This document shows positions 27,601-42,290 of a stretch of DNA of 64,000 nucleotides, piece after piece. Within the stretch, counting starts at the first letter, position 1; each line of letters starts with the position of its first letter. The position numbers and the translations under genes were made by a program. This stretch comes from Balanoglossus misakiensis (taxonomy: Eukaryota; Animalia; Hemichordata). Under the pieces are notes generated by a model that was given only the letters and a program-made list of their open reading frames with translations, was not told where the DNA came from and searched no databases. Location of the stretch: contig CM082591.2 of assembly GCA_040954595.2 (NCBI GenBank), positions 5,115,009-5,179,008 of the forward strand, in the 5' to 3' direction.

Positions 27601-29575
27601 TGGGCATTAGCCTAAGCCGTGGAATTCGACAAAGTGTGAAGGGAATGTCAAATAGATTAAAATCGCATTGGACGTGAAGGTGTGCTTTGTCGGGTTGAGC
27701 CGTTCGGAATCCCGGGCTAATCCTGCTTCAACATTGAAAATCTGGTCACGTGACATTAAAGAGAAAATGTCTTGGGTGTGTCGTTATTTTTATACCAAAT
27801 GGATGTCATATACTTCATCTTGCATTCCGTAAAGACACTGCATAAATGCCTATGAAGGTAAACCGTATACCGAAGAACACATTTTGAGATATAGTCGGTA
27901 TTTCTGTCTATGAACGACTGTAGACGATACTTACTTATCCCCAAGGCATGATCGCTGATCAAGTTCATAATAAAAACTTATACTGCTGTTTATGTATTAA
28001 AAGTCGTGTGAAATGTTTCTCAACCAGTTTCGAAATACACATGGTTTCAGTTCCTCTGAACTGGAGATCTGCGACATACATCGAAAGTTCAGAAAGACCA
28101 ATCCAGATAGTTAGATTTACACCACCGATTGTAAATCTCGTTCTAACCTCTGAGACAAACACTAAAACCGAAAAAAAGATAATTTATCGTGGAAAATTAC
28201 CAAACGCCATAATTTGGCCACGTCAGCGACATACACTGTTTCTGATTAATGTTTCTAGTGAAGACGCTGTAATCGATATATAAATGTATTTTACAAATTT
28301 CAAACAACTTCAGGGTTTAATGGCTAGAAAAGAAAACACGAAAAAGGTTTGTGTAAAATAAACACATTTTGTATTTATTATTTTTCGCATTTGTGCATAT
28401 ATACTTACAATACTTCATAGATTATACTAAATATATCATCTAATATAGTCGTGCAACTCTAAAAATATGCGTCTATAAGTACGTACACTAAAACTTGGAC
28501 ATCATCAAACGTTGGCTTTGGACTCGTGCATAGCCTGACAAAACAAAGCACTTAACTCATGTATTAGCATAACTGATTGACCCAGGTGCACAGGGCACAA
28601 CATTTTCTTCACTGAGTTGCTATTGGGATTTCATGAATTCGTAATGAAGACAATAATGGCAAGACTAGTTTGTGTGTGTTGATATGCAGTCATTATGGGC
28701 GGATCATTGTGAGTATTTTACTTTCTTTGCTAGAATACGGTATAAAACGTTGCAATAATTTGGAAGTTTCGACACAGTCGAGCAAGAAAGACAAAGGGTG
28801 CGAGACACGTAATATTTCTATTGAAAGCTGGTTTGTGTCAACGTTTGTTATACATGTATATTCACATATAGTCAGCCAACCCCAGAAACAATTTAACCAC
28901 AGCACGTCTGCGCATACTGTCTATAAATTAGAGGCGCAGATTGTTGTTTGGCATGAAATTCCTTCAATGAATAGCCACTTAAACGATATGACATGGTCGT
29001 ATCAGTTCACATTTCACGATATTTTCTTCCCCTTTTTGGCGGCTGTCACCCTTTTGACGAGCTGTGATAAATGTCCAGAAGTTGGTTGACACGACACCAG
29101 AAAAAAGCAGAAGTGCGGTCATTTTTTTGAAAGCTTGGTGGACCGAAATAACAGATGCGAGTCAACAGTGGTTATTTTCGCTACGTCAGAGCCAGGCCAC
29201 ACTATCTACACTGTGTGTAGCACGGACACTTGTACAGGCAATTAATTAGCATGCACATTATAATGTGTGCGCGCCGTTTGTCAAATTTAAACCACAAAAT
29301 AAATCTATATTCCTTATACGTTTTGTTGGGTCTCAGAATTCACATGCAAAAAATGCGGACAAACACTTCAACAAACAGCTGTCCCAAACCACGTTAGCGA
29401 GAGTTCAGGTGCTTGCCGCAAAAGCTGCGCACGCATAAACACACGCACACGAAGCACATGGTCCCAAATCTGCTCTTTTTGAAGACAGCTGATATGTAGT
29501 CCACTGGATGACGCGCTGAAATTTGTATATATCTGTTTCAATTTTGGCGTTTGCGTGACTGTTGTCATGGTGACG

Positions 29576-30306
29576 TCACATGCTCTTGGAGCGCCTTTCT
29601 TGCAATATGGCGTTGGCGAATCTCAGTTTAAAATCCTCGAACAACTTCTCGCCTCCAGCTGGCGCCCTCTTCAGAAAACCGTCCTTGGTCAGATAAGTCA
29701 GCCCCCTGCCGTTCATGTGGAATTTCTCCACGTTGACTGGTTCTATCTTGTAGTGGCTGGTTGCCCATAGCAGCCAGTGTATCACGTGATCTCTTGTCCA
29801 ATCACGCGGATCTGTGTTAAAATGCAAAAACAAGACACATTTTACTCATTACGTCATTTTCGTTTTCGCTATCGTTGTCACTGGCACCTGTACAGGTACA
29901 AATAAATCTGCAGTATGTTTTAATTTGAGCATATTTATAGAATAAAAACATTTGGAAATGTACAGCCAAGTATAGTAGTGGAGTTGTTTTTGGAAGCGAC
30001 GGCGTTGAAATAATGGCCCATGACCTCTTCATTCCAAGCACCGACAAAGTTTTCCTTACCCGTGTTCAAGGCCACGACCATTACAACTTGCAAGTCGCTG
30101 CACATAAACAACTACAAAACGGCTTGCCCAAAGTTGAATGCAAAGAACAACAGTTCTACTGTATTCGGATTATTACCTTTCGGAAATGTGTTTGGTGAGT
30201 CATGACTGTCCATTTTGGCTGTCTGTCCGGAATATGGCATGGCACTGCTCATACCAGCTTGACCAGTGGCACCTGTAGCCGATGCCATCGCAGCTTGGCT
30301 CATCAT
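29576..30306 (-). CDS. edl: PNT/SAM-domain-only protein, Mae/Edl-like (ETS-domain lacking), 121 aa
   Basis: complement(join(29576..29811,30177..30306)). An in-frame TAA lies 5 codons upstream of the ATG and the stop follows the SAM domain. Domain FPKDPRDWTRDHVIHWL...KFHMNGRGL...APAGGEKLFEDFKLRFANA resembles Drosophila Mae as I recall it (DPRDWTR..V..WL, KF.MNG, P.GG..L..DF..R.A.A). The symbol is tentative. Confidence 0.8.
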
Positions 30307-30499
30307 AGTGTCTGTGAGTTACTGCAGAGATAATGAAACAGAGGAAAAATCAATGAGAGGGGATTTCTCATAGCGGAAATTGTCACTCGGACGAGTGATT
30401 GTCAATCCAGGTCATTTCTGCCCACCAACTATGTGATGGTTATCGGTCAGACCACAGGTTCCTGTTAGCGTGGTATCGATTTTTGTAGGGGGGGGAGGT

Positions 30500-30660
30500 G
30501 GACAGACAGACATACAGACAGGCAGCCTGCCAGACAGACAGACGGACGGACGGACGGACAGACAGACAGAAAGACAGACGGACAGACAAAACGACAGACA
30601 GACAGACAAACAAACAGACAGACAGACAGACAAAATGGACAGAAAGACATACAGACTGCG
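30500..30660. repeat. Degenerate (CAGA/CGGA)n microsatellite upstream of the PNT-only coding exons
   Basis: Seen directly. Confidence 0.85.
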
Positions 30661-33600
30661 AAAGATGGGCAGAGAGAGAGCCAGGCAAACAGACAGACAC
30701 AGTGGCAACGACAATAGACAAGAAAGAATCAGACAGATACAGATAAATACGTCAACGCCTACACAGCGGCAGACAGATGAACAGAACACAATGTGTCACA
30801 AAGATGGCATCCAGAGGGACGGAGAAACTAAATCAAAGAAAACAGATGACAGGCGAGAAAAGTTGAGCGCTTAAACAGAAACACAAATTCAACACAAAGT
30901 TGGTTTGACATTCTGAATTAAGCCATGCAATTTTCTTCACACGATCGGCCTACCTTGCATTCAAGTCGAGGCACCTTCTTCAAAGACCTCAGCCCAAACG
31001 CGCGCCAAATTTATGTGAACAGGCTACAGACTACCCAGCATGCTTTTAAAGGCGTTTCTTGAAATAACCCTGACCACATGTGTGAATTTGTGTATGCAAA
31101 TGGTCGGCCACACAGCAGTTCAGAGAAGTTGTTCGGCCAGCGGAAATTGTGCCGTCCTCACGCCAACGTCAGTTGCCCCCTCTGTCTAAAAATCTTAGGA
31201 ATCTAGAAACTGAAGCAGTTTCGTGTGGACACGTCACTCATGTCCTGTTTCGATTAATGTTGGTATTACCCCTCCCCCGTGAATTATCACAAAGGTATTT
31301 CATTTTTTGTCAGGCCTACCTCGCGATAGCCACTGGACCGGTGTAAAAGTTCGATACTCATTGAAAGAGGTTCTTTCCCCCCTCCCTGTAGGTCATGACC
31401 TGGCCTAGCATGGCAGATGACTCATCACCATAGTAACTCTTACATTTGTGATGCAATTTGTGTCGTGTGACTACAATACCCTGGAAATCACAATTTTGGG
31501 ATCAAGATAACCGCGAGACGCTCCCACAGAATCGTTTCTGTGCTACGGAACATACCTTCGATGCATAATATATGACTGTTACATTTGAGCACGAATTTTG
31601 TAAAACAGGACTATTAACATGTTATTATGTTATAAACAAACAGGCAGACATACTAAATTTATGTCTAGAAAGTGTAAAAGGCTATCGGTCGTACCTTTAT
31701 GAACTGCGGGTTATTAGTTATATTTAGATGAATTGGAAAGTATTTAATTTATGAGCCTCGGCTCAGCTGACACCGTACGAATAACCTCGGCCACGCCCAG
31801 CAACCACTCTTCTCAAGGTTAAGTCACGTGGTATCCGGTTTGCTCCTATTTTGATAGGAAAAGTTGACGTAGAGATGGACGTTTGCTTATACATTTCAAC
31901 ACATTTCAAAACTACAATCGAAATTAGAAAATATATTTAATTTCGTTTGAAAAAAATAACTTGTTTACCGCTAAATCATATTCCATTAGACTACGTGTAC
32001 GTACGTGAAAATCTCAGCGATTAAAAATGACCCCCCTATATATCTATCACTTGGTCATAGACACGACACGGACATAATTTCATCACGAACTTTCTAGCTT
32101 TCTGTCAAGAGTCGAGAGTTTCATTGAATAACCGGAATAGAAGCGGATTTTCAAGGGAACCGATCGCAAATGACGTGGGTTTAATAACACGCGTCGTGTA
32201 CATGTTTTCTCACATAATCCAACCACTTCGTCCCACGACCGTCATTCCTCGATTAGTAATCGCATTCTTGGGCATTATTGCTTGCCCACATGCCACACAC
32301 CTGGCGGGCCAAGGTACCGGTTTTTGAAAGCGAGACACTTGTGGTCGATATGTTTGTTGAAGTGAGCGTTCGCGCACCTTGAGGAGACAAACTAACACGA
32401 GCCAGACGATGTCTTTTGTGAAGGTTCCTCACGAATTTACTGATAAAGGTAAGTGTTGAGAAGAAGTACAAGGATGACACAGTCTTCTCTCGAATCGACG
32501 ATTTATTCGACCATGGATACGAACCAATACGAACTATTCTGACACAACAATCTAAAATCGGACTGTCGACACTGAGTTCTGATGGGATGATGAATGCCAA
32601 GATGAACTGTACAGCTCTCAAATCACAGCAAAAGAAGGCGATACAAAAGCTCGGGGAACATGTTGCACTGACCTGCGTAAACAGATCCCGTGAGGAGTAC
32701 GGTGCCCAGAGTGCTAACACATCCCCGATACGAACTCATGGACACAAACTATTTACATGTCTAGGTCCAAAACTTTAACTACAGTGAGACAAAACTGTTA
32801 GGCTTTTCTTATATTTAAATAAAGTATTGAAATGCAAAATAAAGTGTTAAAATGCAAATTAAGGTTCTTCTTTTTCTCCAGTAAGTACTTTCCCCTACTC
32901 AGTATAAAACCCGTGAGAAGCATCTAATAGTTGAAACATGTAGACAAAATCATTTCCCTTCTTTGTCTCATTTTCCAAGGGCACAGTGGTTCACAGAGTG
33001 GCAACTGCCCCGCCCTGTTGAAGTGTCGCCGTCCATTTGTAAATTTGCATATACCACACATGTACATCCATGAGCAAACTTCGTACTTTCAACTGAAGAT
33101 ATTCTCTTCGTGATCTTACTGACGAGGATTTCAGTACACTTCCCATTTTACTGGGCATTCGATAAAATCCAGATATCAAAATATCGATGGGAATTTCAGG
33201 CTGTCGCGGCAGAAGGGCGCTGCTTAGGGAGCATCCTTTACGTTTTGAGGAGGGGGTTTTCTAAAAATAAAATAAATGATAATGCAAAGAGAAATTTTGT
33301 CTTCTAACAGAATACCATTTCCAAGAACTTTATTTATATTAGTTGAAGTCAATAGACTTCTGCTGTTACTAGCAATTTCCTTTTTGTTCAATGCACACGC
33401 CCACACACTTGATAACCTTATCGTAAAGTTAAATTGACAAAATATTGCCACGCTCTGAAATGGTTTTACACAACATAATATACACGACTAAAATAGCAAT
33501 ATTTGCAGCTTATATTGTAATGCTGTTTTAGTAGAGGCTTATTGGGGGGTTGATAGAATTGCAACACTTGGCCGCTGATGACTGCGTGAGGGAAATCACG

Positions 33601-36600
33601 CGCGCGCCAGCTTCACTCTCATTGGTTGAAAAGTTATGTGCGTCACTGTCCTGTCTTCCCGCCCAATCCTTTCAATCGTTCGACGAAAATAGGTCTGAGT
33701 TTAGCGCCCTTTTCAGCATGACGCCAAGACAATACAGTTTGTTTCATTTGTTTACTTTTTCACAGTTTATGGCCCCGCGGGATTATTTTCCACATCTGCA
33801 TTAAATATGAAAACCTATGAAATATGATGATGGCAAATATTTGTTCTAAGAGGACGTGAATTGAAATGATGGTCTTTGAGGATTAAGGGGGTAGTTCCAC
33901 ATTTTTTCGGTTTGTAGAAGTTGACCAGTGACGAAGTACATGCTAACGTATCTATTCTCATGGTGTCTGCGTTTTTTCAGGTCTCTACTGAATCAGTTGT
34001 TTTACTGATCAATTTATAGAACAATGCATGGCGCCATCAACTGACTTTGCAGCTGTGCATGAGGATCAGGCGCCAAAACTGTGGGCATTTCTACTGTAAA
34101 CGCCCTCAGCGATAGAACCATGCATACTTAATCGTCCTCAATAAAAATAGGCTCTCAGATACTACTCAGCTAAATTTTTTTATCACAGTAATAATGGGCA
34201 GAACTTTTGAATTTCACAGAAAGAACGAAAAAAAACACAATATTGTGGTTAGATATGTGTGGTGCAGAGCAACGATTTCATATGTGAGATCTCAACTCCC
34301 ACAGCAGTGTTTGCCAAACTGAAATGGATGGCGTATTTTTTTTTCTGCATTCTGTAGAAGAGATAACAGTTTTTCGGCCAAAAATAAATAATTTTATCAA
34401 AACTTAAAAAAATACCAGTGGTAACTTCGACGGTGTAAGATAATTTGCCAAGATAAATCCATACGGCTTGTAACGCCTTTCAATTGAGCGTGAGGAAAGT
34501 GGATCCAATATGGTTGCTAACGACCTGCAGCCGTTTTGGCGGGAACACACAATCGCAAGGCCATTTATGAAATGAACACACGAACAGACGATCGTGCAGC
34601 ATCGCATAGTGTAGTGTACCTGCGATTTCCGCGTAGCCTTCTCTCTACACTGGAAGGCCAAGTGATAAGGAAACCACACTACTTGACCTTTGCTGTCAAC
34701 AATTTCCTGTTAAAATTCCCCCAATAGATAAATTGCATGTTTCATTTTTCATCCCGTTCATATCACAGTTTTATCAGAGACGCTTAATTGAGTTTAGTCT
34801 GGGGTGATTTTGTGTTAATATAATGATAACTCGCATGGAAGATATGCCTTAGCTTAGCCTGCCCAGAAGATCTGTCATATAATGGAGCGATTTTCCTTCT
34901 TCCTTTAGTTGCATGCTCACTGGAGCGCTAGCCCAAGTCATGCTTTCCAACAAGACTTCGTCACGCTACCCTGGGCGAATCGGAAACTGCAAAAATGGCG
35001 TGCCGTTTCCAGACACGGTCAACGAAAAAAGCGGAAGAGTGGACGGAAATTATTGTTTGTAGGTCAGGCGATCAATCGTGGGGGTTTGTTTACGCACGTA
35101 TCATCTCTTGTTATCGACTTATGTCATGATACACCGATGTCTTCAAGTGTTTGGCGCATTCCACTGTAAGAAATGCTAAATATCTTGTACGAGATGCAGA
35201 AAAATGAAATGAACGACAAAATGTGGTGAAATATGAGGTAATCTTGTCGTCTGCCTGAGAGAGGTGCAAGGTGGTACGATTGGCAGTGGTTTGAGCGCCA
35301 GGACATGTGACCCAGTCTTTCATGCCACTTGACTTTGGTCACCAAGCAGTTCCAACCCAAAAGAAGGGTTCATTTGTGAACGAGAGCTACCATGTCCGGT
35401 CCCTTACCATTATGCATGGCATACAACACTTGTTGTTGTGGCTGCTGTGTCCACTGCTGTTTCAATTGAGGAAGGCCAGTGGGTCTTTTTCAGGTCACCT
35501 TACCTGTTTTTTTCTCTTATGGAGACAGAACACCACGCGTCATCCGCTGCAGTTTTGTATTTTTTTGTATCCTCCGCGATTTTGAAGCTATATGACGTCA
35601 AAATTCTGCATTCCACGTGAGCACATTTGGATCTCGTATTGACAGCTACCGAGTCCTGTAATGGTAACTTTAGGTAGATAGCTGGCGTTGGGGGCGCTCT
35701 TGGGTTGACAGGTCGTTGACTATCAAGTTACAACCGTTGCTGGTGCACTATGCTATAAGGGCCCAGATGTCCTTCCCTTGGGCACACCTTGGTCTTCTTG
35801 TTCATTTTCAGCGAGGGTGTTATGTGTTTTTATTCTGCGTTTGAAGATTGATCTTACGCCGCTGTCAGATAGATTTGCACGAATGACAATGAAATATTGG
35901 GCGCTCGTTTCCAAATTGTGACAAATCATGACAGCAATTATTAATTATTTATGTAGCATGTCTATACACTCGAAAAGTGTATGGCCCCAACGTGAATATA
36001 GTAAACAAAGTATGCATTGTACTGTTAATTAAGGTATTAGCCGTAAGTTGGGATATTATACTGATGATTATTTTGTGATTAGGGATTTACAGGCATTCTT
36101 GTGCATGTTGGGGTCACACCGCGTTTAACCTTTAACTGTCTATGGTTCAACTGATGCGATAGAAGTCACCTCGATCGCCCTCCTGCATCAATCTAACGGC
36201 GATACTTTCGTTTCGTTTCCACCGCTTCTGACTCAGGTTTCGTTTCGTTTCGACTCGTCGTGCCTGGACTTTGTGGAGATGAAAAGTCACGTGAACGACA
36301 CGTGACCGAAGTGACATGTGGTCAAATATTTACTACCGGGATGACCAGTGACAAATGTGAGAAACGGCTGTGAAGATTGTCTGAGGGTTTGTTATCTTCG
36401 AGGAAGCGCATTCTTGACCTATAATCGGGACCACAGTTGTCGGGACGTACCCAATCACAGAGGTGAAAATCGACAGTGAAAGCGATATCGATTTTCGTGA
36501 CGTCATCTGATTTGCATGTCATTTATCACCAAGGTGGGTACATTCAGGATTTATTATGTATCTCCATGCATGCATTTCAGTTTAGCTGGCGCACAAGTCA

Positions 36601-39600
36601 CAAAAAGTTACCCGCTTGAGCGTAAAGGTGCTTGGTTGACGACGTAGAGGTCACGGTAAAACTTAAAACGTGATAGCACGAATACAACTTAGTTGTACCT
36701 CAGTATTTCCACATATTATGCTTTTAAACCACATCTGGCACATAGAGTATACATTCTTAAGATAAACCCATAATCATATAAATCATTCGGTTTGCCTCTG
36801 GTTTCGGATATTGTCGCCAACGCGTGTGCGGACTCGACCATATGAACAGAGGAACGCGAAACCGATGATGGTTGTGGTAATTCATCTTGCCAAAAGGGAT
36901 TCTTATTTGTTTTAATAAAATAGCGCCATCGCGGTGTGTCCACAGATACATTGTATCTCACCCACGCACATGACACAGTAACGTCGAACAAACCAAGTAA
37001 CAACAATGCGAACACGTCTGTCGCCAAATGAATAAGTTTGGGGCAATATACGATCCGCCAACGCCAAGAACTTCCTGAAATTGGCAAATGATTTTTTTTC
37101 TCCAGATAAAGGTGTAAACATTTTATGACAGCTTTAAACATTTGCGATGCGACGATCTCACTGCAAATTGCATTTGTGAAGCACTACACCTAGTTTACGC
37201 ATAGAAAGTAACACATTGATTTAATCTATGTCGTGATAGATGCTGTATACTTTTCGTTGCGAACGCCCCGGATTTTCTCGGTTCACAGAAGGTCACGCGA
37301 AGATACCCCTTTCGCGTCGTAGAGGTCCCCAACTTCCGAAATGCTCCGCTGACGTCATCGCAGCGATGATTGGCTGCAGTGGAGCGCGAGGTGAACTCTG
37401 ATTGGTTGAAAGTAATCCTGCATTAAACAGCATTCGGCGCCGACGCATCCGCGTACGGTCAAGTACCTGTTGCTGTCTTTTGTCTGTTCGCCACTCTTTC
37501 TTTACAATCAAGCTTGTCAAGTTGAGTCTGACAGGCACCTCAAACGACACAGAGTGAAGTTTACTCGGCAAAAGTATGACCAGTAGTGGCAAAATCCTGT
37601 TAAAATATAGTATAAAAATCCGGGATCCGGGAGGGGAAAACATGTCAACGCAGTGTGAACGAATTCGGAAGTACGCACTTAACTTACTCGTCTAGCTGTA
37701 TCTTTCGGGACATTTATGTAACATCAAATGTTTAATTGTGGAGCCCGAATATTTTTTTTTGGGGGGGGGGGAGACAACCAGATAGCACGAAATGTAGTTT
37801 TTTTCACCGTGTATAGTATGACAAGATAATTTAGGTTCGATTTTTTTACCGGAATGTAGAACCGGACTTTGACGGGAAAGTCATAAATCATGACCCTAAA
37901 ACGGAATTTTATCAATGAGAAATGTTGAGTTATTAAAATCATGGCAGCTTTTATTGGTGTTAAGTCTGACACAGGAAAGGGAAAAATTCAACGCAGACTT
38001 GTGAGTTGTATCGGTATTAATCACTTCTGCCGTCGACAGGCCACAACTGCTATGGTATACACAGTGTCAGTCGGCGTCTAGTCCTTTTCGCTGTCCAACA
38101 TGTGTTCCCAGGGTTAAAAGCCACGATTTTCTTTATCAAACATTAAATTGTATCTGATGGTAAATTCGTCAAATTTGGCTCTCGGTGTATTTGCCGCCTA
38201 AACCCAATGTAAACCCCGTTGGCAACAACACGGACCGCACAACCGTGGGAAAAAAAATCACCAGTCGACCAAAGTGGGTCGCTTGGGTTTGATCAGCGAT
38301 TTTCATTTTCCCCTCGCGAAGCAATCTTCCCCAAATGTGTTCTGACTTATCGGCTCAATCTGGTGGGCAGGTATACACCGGTGTTTGCAGAAGATCATGA
38401 AACTGCGGGAAAATAGGTACGTAGTCAGGGCTGGCCCGGGTCTCGGAGTCACGGAACCGAGCCAGCGTTTGTTATATACGTCGTAAATTCGAGTTAATAA
38501 AGTTAATGCTATATCTATAGACAGGCTCTCAGGCCATAATTCACGCAGATGTCGGATGGACTTCGGATGGAAAATTAAACCCCGTGTCTAGCTATGCGTT
38601 GATCGCGCCCGTCACCAGGAAGAACGCATTGGGTCAGTCTAGTTTTTAAAACTAGTTGATTTCACATATTTTCGTGTTAAGTTGACCCTATTTTTTTTTA
38701 AATCACGTACACACGCGAAAATTCTGAAATCCATTTTACACGACAGAAATGACAGTAGAGTGTGGTTTGTGTTGTTGATCACATCTGGCAAATCCAATCA
38801 TTTGCTTTTTTGCCGTGTTTCCAACCAAAATACCAAACAAGCATGCATCGGCATCTACCGGACAAAATGACCAGTGACAAACAAAACAATCGGTTACGTA
38901 CTCTTGCAGCTGGCTTTCGAATTGCGCCAGTAAATCAATCGACGGCGACCCGCGTTGATCTTAAAACAGGTCCTTGCAGAGCCGCAGAATAATGACTGAA
39001 AATCCACAGACAATGGATTGATTTTGCGTTTTGGTGGAGGGTCGCGCTCGGGGATCACAGGTGTATTACACGCATACACACAATGGCACATCTTTTACAA
39101 TTGAAGCGATTGTGTCCGAGTCCGAGTGAACACTTCGCTGTTTTCTTTATATTCATAAATCTTTGTGTGTAATCGCAAAAATCGCGATCAGATATAAAAC
39201 TATTAGTCTTTCTCACAGTTGCGGTGTTTTTTCTTGTATAAAATATCCTTTCAGGAAAAAGGAAATATTTCCCGACGCTGTGAAACAAAACACAACGCAT
39301 AGACTCCTTCCCCCCACTTGAATTTCACACCTGTTCCCCTTGTCGTCATCATTCGATCGATCCTCATATTTGTACCAAACACCGAGAACCCTCTGTATTT
39401 TTGATGGCTCTTACATATAGTCATTTGTTCAAAGTATATGCCGTCCTGCGACAAGGCGACAACAACAACGACACAACGCAATGGGTTGTACAAAGGAGAA
39501 ATCAGTGGTCGTTTTGGCAGTAAACCTGCCATTTAACACGCCTTAGTTGACGATTTCGGAATACTTTGGGATTTTTGCGCCGATTCCGCTAGCTTTACGT

Positions 39601-41020
39601 GGATTACGGTGGGCAATTCGAATGATTGAGAAGTCGCGTACCTTTCAGGTCCACACAGAGCAGAGAATCTCACCCGCCATATACAAGCACACTGGCAAAA
39701 ACACGGTGTCCCGTTATACAGCCCAGTCCAGCGCCACTTGCCAAATGAATCACTGTGACTTTGCATTCACTTCACGAATACTGACCTGTCAAGACTATTG
39801 ACAGTGAATTGACCCCACAGATGGCATCAATCGTGACCCCAATAGACAGCTGCAAAATCGAATCGCAAAAATACCTGGTTACATAATAACATCAACGGCG
39901 CACAATGCAAGAGACTTTCCCCCTTGCATCGGTGTGTGGGAATTTCGTACACCCGCAGACGCCGCCGCGCAAAAAAAAATAACACCGATATTTTTCACCA
40001 CAACGAGCGTACGCGCCCAAAGGAAATAGTCTCCCAGCGACATTTGTCCTGTATAGAAAGCTATTAGTAATTGAAAACAGCTGTGCAAAGAATATCAGAT
40101 GTTATTATTTCATGATATATTTGACGGACAGTGGGGAAACCCCCTGAGAACTACCGACATCGACAAAACTTACATCAACTCCGATTTGGGAGCCAGTTAA
40201 TTAAAAGGCTGACTGCATGACTCTGTAGGCTTGCTTTATTGCTGCAATGGCAATGTCCTTGCGAATTTTTGCTTGTGATTGACACGAGACAGCTTCATCA
40301 CTCCTCTTTTATCTGTTCGCTTATTGACTCATGCCAAATTATTATTAAATTTGGGTTGTCAAAGCTTTGAGCAAACTCTCAAAGGTAGTTCATGGAGATC
40401 AGCCACTGATATGCTAACCGTTCATCAAACGGTGAGGTCACGTTTGGGCACGTCTTGCGTGTCATCGACTTATCGACCAAGTGAGTGAGTGAATGAATGA
40501 GTGAGTGAGTCAGTGAGGGACCCCCAAAAGAGAAAGAGAGATGGGGGAGGGAGGGATGGGGAGAGTCCTTATATCAACAAGGAAATGAAAAAACAAAGCT
40601 TATATGTGAATTCAGCACGTGTTAACAAAATGCTAAGAATATAAGGAAAGATGCCAGCGTTTAGTACAGAATTCGTGTTTTTCTTGAGTTTTCTCAAGTG
40701 AAGTAAAACAATGCATCACAACCTGTGCTAGCATTTTGTACACTTATGCCGATATCTTGGAGTCGCTCCATTCTGCGAATAAAATTTTATCCAACTATCT
40801 GACCAACAAAATCCTTGTTCAAAAATCAAAGATATGATATAAGCATCACTCGACTCTACCGCAAAACTTTCTCGAGCATTGCATATAAAAAGTTGCCAAA
40901 AAGCGCAGCGACCGACATATCGGTGCACATGTCAAGTTGTCGGCACGCGCACGTGGGGTTCATCATCGCGTTTACTTCCCATTTGGTCGATTATTTTGGC
41001 TTTGTCTTTCATATTTTTAC

Positions 41021-41233
41021 CAGGAAACTTTTCCGGCTACAGGTGAACACTTCAGAGCGGGCCAATCAGAGCGATTCTCGTGTTTGTCTAACGATTACCA
41101 AGATAAGCTCCGCTCGCCACGTGCCGATTGCCCCTGGGAAGGTATAAAACCCGGCGTTGGATAAGAAAGCAAAAATATTTGAGCAGGGACCCACTGAAGA
41201 GCTCTTGTCAATATTTCTAACTGAACATAACTG
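41021..41233 (+). promoter_or_regulatory. Putative core promoter and non-coding first exon of ETS gene B
   Basis: CAGGAA (41021), CCAAT (41063), AGATAA (41101), TATAAAA (41143-41149) and a strong donor CTG|GTAAGT at 41233/41234. The next acceptor (ttgcag, 42269) leads to the ATG at 42291. Confidence 0.55.
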
Positions 41234-42290
41234 GTAAGTGACACGTTCTTGTTTTGATCTTTTTTTGCGAAACTACTCAAATACACGCTACACTCTAACT
41301 ACAACAGAATCACCCAGTTATTTAATTAATTGAGTCAGCGTGCGGTAAATAATGCCGTTTCAAAATTCAATATTTTTGCTGCCATAACTGAAGTTCAATT
41401 TCGCGCGTGGCATCTGATGAGTGTTAATCGCGAAAGTAAGTTTGGCGAAAACTAGGACGAGTTAATCAATGTCTATCTTTGTGTTCTCATTTTCCCAAAT
41501 GCCTCAATACATTATACTAATCATTCTTTTTCATTAATTAACTATTATATTAATTATTCCTCATTATGCAAGATTTGGTTAACTTCCTTATAATAATTTA
41601 GTAACGAGAAATTGATTTATGAACTAACGGCACCGAAAGAATGTTGCTTATTTTTTTATCTTCTACCATTTACAACCCGAAGTTGATCATAACGTATAAA
41701 TCATCCATATCCACCCCGCCTATAAGCTGTAGGTCTTGGTGATGGTTATTCCTTTGATCGACAGTTCACACAAAATTCCACCGGTGGTTTTCTCACAATT
41801 ATAGCAAGTGATTACATTAAAGTAGGATTACCCCCAATGATCAGCTTGTTATTGTTTGTTTGGGTCAAGTACGGGTCATGTCAAGTTCAAGCGTTATAAT
41901 CCTAGATCCGGTTGCTAGGCTAAACGCGTCAGCAGCAATGTAGGCGTTGGTGTGCTGCCGGACATTGAAACTGTGACTAGATTTAGGCCAATTGTCAATA
42001 TTAGCAATTCGTGTTTACTAATAAACAAGCAACTTAAATTTTTGAATTACAAGGAGACTTTGTGCTTGTTCAAATTCGGGATATGGGAACATTGAGTCCG
42101 TTTCCTGGCCCGGGAAGAGCATCAAATCAAGCTCAGTTTGTCGCTGCTTTGCCGGTCCCGGCCTGTCAAGCACAGTCCATCTATTAACAAAGGGACTATA
42201 TTAAGTCAGGCAAATATATATAAGTCACGAGTGAATGACCCGATCCCCTGTTTCCCACAAAACTTGCAGGCTGACGTTGACGGCACAGGC

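Noticed and set aside
15720-38425. Isolated strong plus-strand donor sites (15724, 26058, 32449) as exons of a hidden gene
   Set aside because: No consistent open frames or matching acceptors; a lncRNA cannot be supported from sequence alone.
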